Of a stretch of 33,134 nucleotides of DNA, positions 24,514-33,134 are shown in pieces. Each line of letters starts with the position of its first letter. The stretch's first letter is position 1. Source of the DNA: Candidatus Helarchaeota archaeon (lineage in GTDB: Archaea > Asgardarchaeota > Lokiarchaeia > Helarchaeales > RDOG01); contig JALGVI010000028.1 in the NCBI GenBank assembly GCA_029838215.1, forward strand, positions 1 through 33,134. The letters are read 5' to 3'. Under the pieces are notes generated by a model. That model was not told the origin of the DNA. It saw only the letters and a list, made by a program, of their open reading frames with translations, and did not search any database. A program made the position numbers and the translations under genes.

Positions 24514-25542
24514 TTGATGGCAGATCGGTATGCGTTTGACCTTCCTAAGGAATTTATTGCACAGAAACCATTAGAAAAACGAGATCAATCGAATCTAATG
24601 GAATGGAAGGAAGGTAAAATCATGCATCGCAAGTTTTATCAATTGAAGGATTATTTTCAGCGAAATGACGTTCTCGTTTTGAATGATTCTCGCGTGTTGT
24701 CAAACCTGCTTGAAGGAAGGAAGGTTTCGGGGGGAAGAATCCGTCTATTATGCCTGCAAGAAGTCGATGATGCAAGATGGGAATGCTTGGTAATGGGCAA
24801 GAGAATTCGAGAGGGATTGAAATTTATCATTGGAGACGGATCTCTTGAGGGGACCTTGGAAAAGCAGATACTTGAAGGGAGATTTATCGTTCAATTTGAT
24901 GGACAAATTGGTTTTCGAAAAGCACTTGAAGAATTTGGTTCCGTCCCCTTACCGGAATACATCGAGGATATAAGTCCATCCTTTGATTTTGAGCGATATC
25001 AGACATGTTTTGGCATGAAGGAAGGTTCGATAGCGGCACCTACGGCAGGGTTGCATTTTTCCAAGACACTGCTGGAAGACTTGAAATCACGAGATGTTAA
25101 AATTCGGTTCATAACGCTTCACATCAGTATAGGAACGATTCTAAGAATAAAAACAGGAGATCTTTCAAGTCATAAGATGTATCCGGAATTTGTCCATGTT
25201 TCTTCTTCTGTAGCGGACGTGATTAATCAGGCAAGGGCGGATGGTAGGCGAATTTTCGTGGTTGGAACCACCTGTTTGAAAGCACTCGAATGTGCCGCAG
25301 ATGACGCGGGAATTCTCCATTCATTTGAGGGAGATACAGATTTATTTATTTATCCGGGATACCGGTTCAAATTTCAGCCTGACGCGTTCATTACGAATTT
25401 TCACTTGCCGAAATCAGCCCCATTATTAATGACCGTTGCGTTAATAGGATGGGAAAGAATTCAAGAGATGTACGAAGAAGCCAAGCGGAAAAAATATAGA
25501 TTTTATAGTTTCGGAGATGCAATGATCTACTTTCGGACTTGA
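24514..25542 (+). CDS. queA: S-adenosylmethionine:tRNA ribosyltransferase-isomerase QueA
   Basis: FDLPKEFIAQKP, VLVLNDSRV, PLPEYI, RYQT, GSIAAPTAGLHF, VGTT, TNFHLPKS, YRFYSFGDAM. Start uncertain (TTG 24484, TTG 24514 or ATG 24517). Confidence 0.95.
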   Translation: MMADRYAFDLPKEFIAQKPLEKRDQSNLMEWKEGKIMHRKFYQLKDYFQRNDVLVLNDSRVLSNLLEGRKVSGGRIRLLCLQEVDDARWECLVMGKRIREGLKFIIGDGSLEGTLEKQILEGRFIVQFDGQIGFRKALEEFGSVPLPEYIEDISPSFDFERYQTCFGMKEGSIAAPTAGLHFSKTLLEDLKSRDVKIRFITLHISIGTILRIKTGDLSSHKMYPEFVHVSSSVADVINQARADGRRIFVVGTTCLKALECAADDAGILHSFEGDTDLFIYPGYRFKFQPDAFITNFHLPKSAPLLMTVALIGWERIQEMYEEAKRKKYRFYSFGDAMIYFRT

Positions 25543-26093
25543 AGCCGTCTCGGATTTTTCTGGTCTTTGAGAGAAAAAACGCATCCACAATAAGTTTGAC
25601 GATAGATTTCATATTTCCTGCAAAATTCGACGCTTTCCTTAAAACCATTTTTTTTCTTGAAATCATGAGGAAGAAATAAGATGTCAGAGTCTTGAGTCAA
25701 TAATTCACCGATTTCAGTTATTTTTGAAAAGTTTTTGTGCGGACTTATTGTAAGCGTTGTTGTAACGTGATCGAATCCATATTTTTTAGCGTATTCTATC
25801 GTTTTTAATAACCGATAGCGAATACATTTTGCACATCTTACTCCCCCTTCCGGCTCACTTTCGTATCCATGCATTTTTTTAAGCCAATCTTTGGGATCGT
25901 AAACATCTTCAACGAGATGAATCTCAAGCAATCGTGCCACGTGCCTTGCGTGTTCTAATCGTTTCAGATATTCTGCTTCAGGATGAATATTGGAATTTGA
26001 AAAAAATACCGTCACTTCATGATCCGGTTGAAGGCGCTTGATTGGAACGGACATGCACGGTCCACAACATGCGTGAAGAAGGAGTTTTTTCAG
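25527..26093 (-). CDS. queH: Epoxyqueuosine reductase QueH (DUF208), probable CTG start
   Basis: NSNIHP..EY.KR, EPEGGVRCAKC..YRL, TTTLTISPHK, YRQTYCGC. The conserved N-terminal LLLHACCGPC lies upstream of the track's ATG 26054. Confidence 0.9.
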   Translation of the reverse strand: MKKLLLHACCGPCMSVPIKRLQPDHEVTVFFSNSNIHPEAEYLKRLEHARHVARLLEIHLVEDVYDPKDWLKKMHGYESEPEGGVRCAKCIRYRLLKTIEYAKKYGFDHVTTTLTISPHKNFSKITEIGELLTQDSDILFLPHDFKKKNGFKESVEFCRKYEIYRQTYCGCVFSLKDQKNPRRLQVRK

Positions 26094-27487
26094 TGCTTTT
26101 CACCAGCTATTTGAGCACTTGAAATTCTTAGACTTGGCACGTGAAATCGACCTAAATCCCGTACATCATTCCCAATTTCTTCTATTTTATTAAAAAAATC
26201 AATCATGTTTATTCCCATCATTGCTTGCTTTATGGGATGTTCAATCGATCCTTTTAATATTCGGAAACCGATCATGATGAGACCCGAGAAGTCCCCGGTG
26301 GTGATATTTGGGCTATCACCGGTTGTATACAGCAGGATTCCATCATCACATTCATGAATAAAATCATCTAGAGTTTTTGAGCTTCTTGGAAGAACTCGAA
26401 GATTATTCGGTCCAATATAAGGAGTGTAACCGTAATTTGAACGAATTGCATTCCCAGTACTTGAGATTCCATCTTTGCCCGCAGTATAAGAATCATGAAG
26501 ATATGTTTTTAAGATGCCATTTTCTAAAATCTGACGGGATATTTTTGGAGTTCCCTCACCATCAAAGGATGACGTGCCGAGTGCCGCCATGCCGTTACGA
26601 ACGTATCGTCCATCGTCAATAACATTTAAAAGCTTGCATCCTACTTGCTCATTTAGTTTTCCCGTCAAGAAAGAGCGGTGATATTGAACCGATTCAGCAT
26701 TAATTGCGGAGCTAATTGCAGGTCGAAGAATTGAATTGAGGGCAAATGGATGAAAAATAATGGGATATTGACCAGTTTCGATCCGTTGAGATCCCAGTGT
26801 TTCAATCGCTAGTTTTGCAGCTTTTTTTCCGATTTTTACCGGATCAAGAATTTTGAAGAAACGGCCGTGCTGAAAATCATAACCGGAGCTCATGTCAGTT
26901 CCACGTTTTACCGTGACATCAGCAGAAATACCTACAGATGTTGCACCCTCATCCAAATCAAATGCTTCCACGCCCAATGAATTTAGAAGAAAGCACTTCG
27001 TTTCAGAAGTATAAAAAGACGCATTTACCGAGTATACTTCGTTAGAATAGCCAGCAGCTTCCTTTTCGATTTCTAGAACCACTTTAATCGCTTCTGTCAC
27101 GTCGATGGCTGCAAGAGTGGAATCGTGACGACCGGGAATGACTTGGTAAGACCCAGCAGTAGGGAGGCTCTTGAAATTAGGGTCGGGAGTCCCACTTTTT
27201 GCCAAGTGAACCAATTGCAGTACCATTTTAGATAACGTATCCCATTTCAAGTTTGTAACAAAGCCAAAGCCAATGCATCCGTCTTTTATTATCCGTAACC
27301 CACAACCATAATCAATGATTTCTTGAGAGGATTTCAAGGAGTTCTTTTCGATTTCTGCTATTAGACGACGTGATGATGAAATGAATACTTCGACTTGATC
27401 CACGTCGTGTTTCAATGCTTCATTCATGAGTTTTTTACCGAGTGTCTCCCAAGAAGAAGGATCCGGATAATCCCGAGAGTTCATCAT
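26090..27487 (-). CDS. pmbA: PmbA/TldE-family protein
   Basis: GCGLRII, DDGRY...FDGEGTP, ILKTYLHD, STGNA, GDFS. ATG 27487 (GGAGG RBS, ATGA overlap with tldD stop) preferred over GTG 27508. Confidence 0.9.
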   Translation of the reverse strand: MMNSRDYPDPSSWETLGKKLMNEALKHDVDQVEVFISSSRRLIAEIEKNSLKSSQEIIDYGCGLRIIKDGCIGFGFVTNLKWDTLSKMVLQLVHLAKSGTPDPNFKSLPTAGSYQVIPGRHDSTLAAIDVTEAIKVVLEIEKEAAGYSNEVYSVNASFYTSETKCFLLNSLGVEAFDLDEGATSVGISADVTVKRGTDMSSGYDFQHGRFFKILDPVKIGKKAAKLAIETLGSQRIETGQYPIIFHPFALNSILRPAISSAINAESVQYHRSFLTGKLNEQVGCKLLNVIDDGRYVRNGMAALGTSSFDGEGTPKISRQILENGILKTYLHDSYTAGKDGISSTGNAIRSNYGYTPYIGPNNLRVLPRSSKTLDDFIHECDDGILLYTTGDSPNITTGDFSGLIMIGFRILKGSIEHPIKQAMMGINMIDFFNKIEEIGNDVRDLGRFHVPSLRISSAQIAGEKH

Positions 27488-28881
27488 TCCAATCCTCCCC
27501 ACGTACACTTTTCAAGGTAAATATAGGGGCTTCCGTCGGTGACTGGCATGGATTGACCACTTTTCCCACAAGTTCCGGGTGAAAATTCAATTTCTTTACT
27601 TAAACCAATTATGTCGTGAAGTGTTTCAAGCGTGATTCCACTAAGAGTACAATCTCTCATCAAAGTAGTGAGTTCTCCATTTTTAATTTCATAACTTTCA
27701 CCCGCCTTGAAGGCAAAAGTTCCCTTTGAAGGATCTACATATCCATATTGCCAGTCTCTTGCAAATATTCCATTTTTTACTTCCGCTAACATTTCTTCAA
27801 AGGTCCAATTGCCCGGTTCCAAGAACGTGTTGCTCATGCGTATGATTGGGATGCTTTGATATCCCATTGCGCGGCAGTTTCCTGGTGCCTGCATGATGTT
27901 CATTCGGGATGCGGTTTCTAGACTGTGAAGATAGCCCTTCAGGATGCCTTTTTCGACAAGAATTTGACGGTTTGCAGGCGTTCCTTCAGAATCAAAGTGA
28001 AAAGAACCGTAGAGGGGCATTTTAGTTGCATCATCGATGATCGTGACTTTATCATTAGCCACAGATTCGCCAACTTTTCCTTCAAGGATTGATGCACCAT
28101 TTAGCACCGAATCGGCTTCGCAACAATGTCCGAAGGCTTCATGAACAAATACACCACCTAAAGTTGGACTTAAAATTGTTGGGAAGACTCCGCTCTTTGG
28201 AGCTCTTGCTTGAAGAAGTAAGATGGCTTTTTCAGCCGCATCATGTCCGGCATTAAGAGCTTTTTCAGTATTCATGATCTCCCATCCTCCAACGTGTCCT
28301 ATCGATTCTCTTCCTTTTTGTCGAACGCCACCATCAGCGGCATAATTTACCACGTTAAAATGCAAGTAACTGTTCTCTTGTTTAATATAGGAACCAAATG
28401 AATTGCACGTGATGACTTTTTCTTTCAAATCAGAATAGGAAGTATTTCGATTCACGATACGATCGTCTACGGCTAACGAATCTTTATCAATTTGCAAGAC
28501 ATATTTTATTTTCTCTTCAATTGAAATGTCGTCTAAGTTAATTCTCGTGGGAATTGTGACGGATGTTTTTATTGCCGGGATGTCGATCAAGTGAAATTTG
28601 ATTTTTGCGTGTTTTTCACCGAATCGAGCGAGTTTTACTGCAGAAATTATTGCTGATTCAATGCTTTCTTTTTCTAAATTATTGGTAGTACTGAAGCCAT
28701 AAGAACCGTTGACGAACGCCCGGATGCATCCTCCGCTTTCGATGAAGCTCGTGATTTCACGAGTTTGTCCATCAATGCATTTTATAGTCGTACCACGGGA
28801 ATGCTGTATTCGAATATCAATGAATTCCACGGATTCTCGTGCGATTTTTTTTTCAATTAATGAAGGTAATAGATCTTCCAT
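27484..28881 (-). CDS. tldD: TldD-family metalloprotease
   Basis: HEAFGHCCEAD metal motif, FDSEGTP, GILKGYLHS, IRMSNT, GTCGKSGQSMPVTDGSP. Confidence 0.93.
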   Translation of the reverse strand: MEDLLPSLIEKKIARESVEFIDIRIQHSRGTTIKCIDGQTREITSFIESGGCIRAFVNGSYGFSTTNNLEKESIESAIISAVKLARFGEKHAKIKFHLIDIPAIKTSVTIPTRINLDDISIEEKIKYVLQIDKDSLAVDDRIVNRNTSYSDLKEKVITCNSFGSYIKQENSYLHFNVVNYAADGGVRQKGRESIGHVGGWEIMNTEKALNAGHDAAEKAILLLQARAPKSGVFPTILSPTLGGVFVHEAFGHCCEADSVLNGASILEGKVGESVANDKVTIIDDATKMPLYGSFHFDSEGTPANRQILVEKGILKGYLHSLETASRMNIMQAPGNCRAMGYQSIPIIRMSNTFLEPGNWTFEEMLAEVKNGIFARDWQYGYVDPSKGTFAFKAGESYEIKNGELTTLMRDCTLSGITLETLHDIIGLSKEIEFSPGTCGKSGQSMPVTDGSPYIYLEKCTWGGLE

Positions 28882-28896
28882 CCAAAAACCTCTTGA

Positions 28897-29340
28897 TCAT
28901 GTTATGAATTGCAATTTTCCTTTTTCGGGTCGAATCATGAGTCCCATACGAGCGAGACGGTCGAGTTCCTGCTTGATCCAATCATCAGTAATTCCTTTCT
29001 CGTTTAAAATTTGATAAAATAGAGTTTCGGGAATGATGTTTTTTTCACGCCGTGAAACCTGCTCTCGAATAAAATTTTCAAAAATAGTTTTATTATTAGC
29101 GGGTTTCTTTGATTTTGACTCAGCTATCAGCTGGATAATTTCATCGCGACGGGATTCTGGAACCTTATAAGCTTCTACTAGGTACCGCGCTTCAACTACA
29201 GAATCAGCATATGTTAATATCCGAGCGGATCTTATTTGGATTCTATGTCCGCATTTAAAACAGGTTTTGGTTTTTTGTGTTCTCTTACAATAATAAGGAG
29301 TTCCACATTTTTGACACATGAAGATGAGAAACGGTTTCAC
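28897..29340 (-). CDS. DUF1922-like zinc-ribbon protein with C-terminal helical extension
   Basis: IFMCQKCG...QKTKTCFKCGHRI...ARIL, matching archaeal DUF1922 spacing. Confidence 0.7.
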   Translation of the reverse strand: MKPFLIFMCQKCGTPYYCKRTQKTKTCFKCGHRIQIRSARILTYADSVVEARYLVEAYKVPESRRDEIIQLIAESKSKKPANNKTIFENFIREQVSRREKNIIPETLFYQILNEKGITDDWIKQELDRLARMGLMIRPEKGKLQFIT

Positions 29341-29361
29341 TCAAGACCTTCCAAAAAGGAA

Positions 29362-29664
29362 TTAATCGGTATGAGTGTGGGCTTCTTCAATGACTTTTCT
29401 ACCTGCAACGACTTGATCGATTGAGTGGATGGAACAATTCCATTCGTTTAATTGAGTCCGAATTTTTTCAAACATCAGGTCAATTCCTTCAATGGTGATT
29501 TTAATGGATTCAGTATCCCTATCAATTTCAATCAAGCTGATATTAACACCAACAATGCCCGGTATCTTCGTGATCTCTAATGCAAGTTCTGGAAGAGATG
29601 GTTGGTGGGGTTTTAGCACGTCTAATACTAATCGTCTAATTCCTTTACCATCAGAATCTGTCAT
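29362..29664 (-). CDS. DUF211 family protein
   Basis: IRRLVLDVLKPHQP...ITIEG...IHSIDQVVAG. Confidence 0.9.
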   Translation of the reverse strand: MTDSDGKGIRRLVLDVLKPHQPSLPELALEITKIPGIVGVNISLIEIDRDTESIKITIEGIDLMFEKIRTQLNEWNCSIHSIDQVVAGRKVIEEAHTHTD

Positions 29665-29781
29665 TTTTTACTCTCCTATTTCATGTCATGTATTCGTTTG
29701 ATATTTGATGGTTTTTTGCTAACATGCTTCTAGGTCATTTAAGCTATTTAAAATTCACTAATTGAATGGAGAACCGATTTT

Positions 29782-30474
29782 TTAATAGGCATTTAGTTTC
29801 AAATTGAAAAAACCAAGCAAGTCGGGAAGGGACTTGATACAGGTTCGTGCACCGTGCTTGATCAATTCACTAGCAGGATGCATGTAAACAATACCGATAG
29901 GGAACGCTCCAGTTCGAGCAGCACATTCCATGTCCATTGGATGATCTCCACAAACAGCAGCATGTTTTGCCGTGACTTGCAACTTGTTCAGCGCGAACAG
30001 TAAATGCTCTGGATGTGGTTTGAGATTTTCGACATCTGTTCTTGATGAAATGACTTCAAAATATCCGTCGATTTCCATTCTTTTAAGGATAAATCGTGCG
30101 ATATCTTTAGGCTCTAACGTAAAGATTCCCAGTTTTATATCATTTTGACTCAATATTTCAAGAGTTTCTAAGGTAAATGGAACCAGTTTTGTCTCCTTCG
30201 CTGCCTTCCATTCATATTTCTTTATAATTTGCTCAATTTTCTCACGATATGCTTTCCACTTCGAAATTGAGTGTTTTTCTATGAAGCAACATCGTGCCTT
30301 TTCCACCGTGACCATTATTAGGTCAGAGAGAGAGAAAAGGTCTTTAGGAAAATTAAAACTGGAATGGAGGAATTCAATGAGTTCTGTTCTAAGTGCCATG
30401 AAATTGATTTTGAAATGAACGAGCGTTCCATCAAGGTCGAAAACTACAGCTTTAATAGGCTTGTTTAATGGCAA
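29782..30474 (-). CDS. HAD-superfamily hydrolase (phosphoglycolate-phosphatase-like)
   Basis: Motif I VVFDLDGTL, KPHP, motif IV CGDHPMD. Confidence 0.88.
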   Translation of the reverse strand: MPLNKPIKAVVFDLDGTLVHFKINFMALRTELIEFLHSSFNFPKDLFSLSDLIMVTVEKARCCFIEKHSISKWKAYREKIEQIIKKYEWKAAKETKLVPFTLETLEILSQNDIKLGIFTLEPKDIARFILKRMEIDGYFEVISSRTDVENLKPHPEHLLFALNKLQVTAKHAAVCGDHPMDMECAARTGAFPIGIVYMHPASELIKHGARTCIKSLPDLLGFFNLKLNAY

Positions 30475-30480
30475 TAAGCA

Positions 30481-33036
30481 CTACTCCATCTGATTCAGCT
30501 GTTTTAATATTGTTTTTCGTTCTTCCATAGAAAAACCAAATAGAAGATAAACAATTTTATCAATCAATTTATCAATGCGCTCGATATCATCCTGTAGTTT
30601 TGGAAGGTTTTGTTTTAATCTTGAACCAAGATGTTTCCTACTTATTGAATTCCTACATTGAACACTAACCAAATCACTCATATAAAAACCCAGATATGTC
30701 ATGAAGTCATGAATAACCGAAAGTTGGTTTGAGCTTAGAAGTACTTGTAAATCATTGATTATTAATTGTTCGTTGTTCGACCCTGCGATAAATCGAGAGA
30801 ATTTCTCCATTAATGCCATTAGTGAAGAGTCGTCATCCGTGAATTCTTGGGGGATTTTTATCTGCCGAATGGGAAGATTTCGCACGTCTTCAATTAATAT
30901 CTTATTATCGAAACCTTTTGTGGCTTTTGGGAAGTTCAATTTTGCATATGCTGAAATGAGAGTGGAGTTTAGAATACAAAGAAGATAATACGGTGACAAA
31001 ACAAACGGTTCATTCAAGACTGCATTTAGAACGGATGGGTTATGAATCAGAACGTCCGTGGTGTATGCCACGTGAAGCGAATGAGGAGGATGTCCGAGGA
31101 TTTCTCGAAACAATAATCGCGGTCTTGTGAAAAAATCGAGTGGGATATGAGTAGAAACGTGTTTTCCGTATAATATCCATAGATCAGGAGGTTTAATGCC
31201 ATATCGAACGATGCGTGCCCCGCGAATTTCCGGAAGATATCTTTCATCACGTTTTTCCGAGGAATGCCACGTGCGATTTTTGACCATGGATTTTGCAAGC
31301 CGTTTAATAAAATTGTTCGTGCTTGGGGAATGAATAAATTCCATTAGATCTTGTGGATGGAGCAGTAAAAACACGAATGAAAAAACCCCGTGCAGTCTTT
31401 TCTCCAAAGTTGTCGTTCTATAGGGAATATAGCCCTGTTTATTCACGGAAATAGAGCCAAGAGGCACGGACACGTCCACTATCCTTCTAATTATTTTCTT
31501 CAAGTAAGTCCCTGAATGGAGAAAAGTTGCCCAAGTTCGAGCCGTAGACAATTGATGTAAAGGTAATGAATGAGTATTAATTTCATGATTTGATGATAAC
31601 ACGTGAACTTTACACGTTTCGTGTTTCACGTTCTTTTGAAGGACGTAAATAAGAGCCCGGACAATGGGTTGTAATTTAAAGATGTCGTCCCGCTTGAAAA
31701 TATCTGAATTCGAGAAATTAACGATGTGAATTAATGAATTATCTTGGAGTAATATCTTTCGGAACGGTTGGGCTAAAACATTTAAGGCAAGTGTATTTGG
31801 AACGATAAAAGATAAGTAACCTTCTTCTTCAACATTTTTTAATGCGGCCAAAGAAAAATATTGAAAGCTTTCATAATCATTCACGGATGGGTAAAGCATT
31901 TCCAATCTTTTTCTTTGTTCGTCGGGAATTTTCATTCCCCAAGGTGGATTGCCAATGATCAAGTCAAATTTTTCGGGAAAATTATCATTCCATTCATCGT
32001 GGATGAGAAAATCCGCTTTTTTTAAATTCACTTCAAGAGAGGTGTTTTTAACATTGAACCAAAAAAGGGATGAGGTCAATTCGATGGCAAATTTATCAAT
32101 ATCTAATCCAAAAATACACTTTTTTATGACCATTTGCTTGATCTCGTTTTTCGAGAGTGGTGATTCTCCTTGTAAGAACCATTTATAAGCGCGAAACATG
32201 ACATCGGTGAGGTATTCGACAGAACGAAGTAAAAATTGCCCACCACCCACGCACGGATCCAAAATTCTCAAGGAAAATAAAGCATTTAATATCTTTTCAA
32301 GTAAGTCAGATTGGAGTTCAGAATTTTTCGATGATTTTCTTCTATATTCATTAAATACTTGCCGAATTTTTTCTACGATCAAACGTTTCAATGAAAGGGA
32401 GATCATTAAATCAATGATTTGTTGTGGCGTGAAAAACGAACCGGTTTTCCTTCTGTTCTTGGGAATTCTTTTAAAAACGTAGGCTGAACGAGCTTGATTA
32501 ATTTCGGGTGTAATTGCAAGAAATAATTCATAGAAAATAGCGCTTCCTTTTTCAAGAAGAACTTGAAGCAAATCGAATGTCATTAAGCCGTGTATTTGCT
32601 TAAAAATTAGGAAAAGAGATGGATTGCTCTTGATTACGCGCTTGAATTGCGTGTAATTTGCATCAGAGAAGAAATATGAGAGTGGAAATGTCTTTTTTAC
32701 GTGTTTCTCAATTGTCATTATGAAGTTTTTAGATGAAGAGAGTTCAATTCTTGGCATGAGCTCCTGTTTTATTGCCAAAATTAAAAATAGCATCTGAAAA
32801 AAAGTGATCATGGATTTTTTTTTAATTAATTCACCTTTTTTTTCAAAATCCATTTCCTGATTTGTTTCGTTAGATGCAATTTCATTTAATATATTAAGGA
32901 ATATGTCTTCAAATTTGACCAGGTTGTTTTTTATCGAGTTTTGAGAAATCTTGCTTGCAGATTCACAAGAAAAGTTATTCATTGATGCATGACCTAAAAG
33001 GAATTTTTTTCTCAAAATTAAAAAGATTAAGCTCAT
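30481..33036 (-). CDS. N6-adenine DNA methyltransferase (Eco57I/TaqI-like, with C-terminal target-recognition domain)
   Basis: GSFFTP, motif I ILDPCVGGGQF, GLDID, motif IV IIGNPPW, TaqI_C-like region (LNSTLISAY...LRNLPI-like). Start could also be at the MNNFSC Met. Confidence 0.88.
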   Translation of the reverse strand: MSLIFLILRKKFLLGHASMNNFSCESASKISQNSIKNNLVKFEDIFLNILNEIASNETNQEMDFEKKGELIKKKSMITFFQMLFLILAIKQELMPRIELSSSKNFIMTIEKHVKKTFPLSYFFSDANYTQFKRVIKSNPSLFLIFKQIHGLMTFDLLQVLLEKGSAIFYELFLAITPEINQARSAYVFKRIPKNRRKTGSFFTPQQIIDLMISLSLKRLIVEKIRQVFNEYRRKSSKNSELQSDLLEKILNALFSLRILDPCVGGGQFLLRSVEYLTDVMFRAYKWFLQGESPLSKNEIKQMVIKKCIFGLDIDKFAIELTSSLFWFNVKNTSLEVNLKKADFLIHDEWNDNFPEKFDLIIGNPPWGMKIPDEQRKRLEMLYPSVNDYESFQYFSLAALKNVEEEGYLSFIVPNTLALNVLAQPFRKILLQDNSLIHIVNFSNSDIFKRDDIFKLQPIVRALIYVLQKNVKHETCKVHVLSSNHEINTHSLPLHQLSTARTWATFLHSGTYLKKIIRRIVDVSVPLGSISVNKQGYIPYRTTTLEKRLHGVFSFVFLLLHPQDLMEFIHSPSTNNFIKRLAKSMVKNRTWHSSEKRDERYLPEIRGARIVRYGIKPPDLWILYGKHVSTHIPLDFFTRPRLLFREILGHPPHSLHVAYTTDVLIHNPSVLNAVLNEPFVLSPYYLLCILNSTLISAYAKLNFPKATKGFDNKILIEDVRNLPIRQIKIPQEFTDDDSSLMALMEKFSRFIAGSNNEQLIINDLQVLLSSNQLSVIHDFMTYLGFYMSDLVSVQCRNSISRKHLGSRLKQNLPKLQDDIERIDKLIDKIVYLLFGFSMEERKTILKQLNQME

Positions 33037-33134
33037 ATTTTTTCGATGATGAATTTAAAAGTTTTGTTTCAGAAATTGATATACGTGTGGCAATTTAGCA
33101 CTCCTTGCAAGTAGAGTCGGGTATTTTTTTTGGT

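Noticed and set aside
670-32482. Numerous 60-160 aa track ORFs antisense to or nested in long genes (e.g. 670-1086, 10790-11278, 15725-16042, 22995-23360)
   Set aside because: They overlap well-supported genes on the opposite strand or frame and have no recognisable motifs; they are shadow ORFs.
1-33134. CRISPR arrays, IS elements, integrases, rRNA
   Set aside because: No regularly spaced direct repeats, transposase/integrase motifs, terminal inverted repeats or rRNA-like sequence were seen.

Overview
AT-rich archaeal chromosome segment, most likely from an Asgard archaeon. The basis is a profilin with the Asgard-type QTENW / GxKY / TNIxGxGH motifs, a gelsolin-like gene, archaeal tRNAs with bulge-helix-bulge (BHB) introns and GGTGA/GGAGG ribosome-binding sites. 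Recognisable genes are mazG, metG, mutS, mutL, an NfeD-SPFH pair, nikR-larB-larC-lig, queA, queH, tldD-pmbA, DUF211, DUF1922, a HAD hydrolase and an N6-adenine DNA methyltransferase. A ~670+ aa ORF missing from the track runs off the left edge in a GPP-repeat tail. The most striking content is RNA the ORF track cannot show. There are six tRNAs, including a tRNA-Met with three introns and a tRNA-Leu(TAA) with two D-arm introns. There are also three candidate box C/D guide RNAs; two carry the same compensated non-canonical C/D pair, and one is predicted to methylate the wobble C34 of tRNA-Leu(CAA). That guide sits directly upstream of bacterial-type queuosine genes queA and queH, and queH appears to start at a CTG codon. 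Profilin and the gelsolin-domain gene form a head-to-head pair. I found no CRISPR array, rRNA or mobile element. All structures and targets were derived by eye and need computational confirmation.
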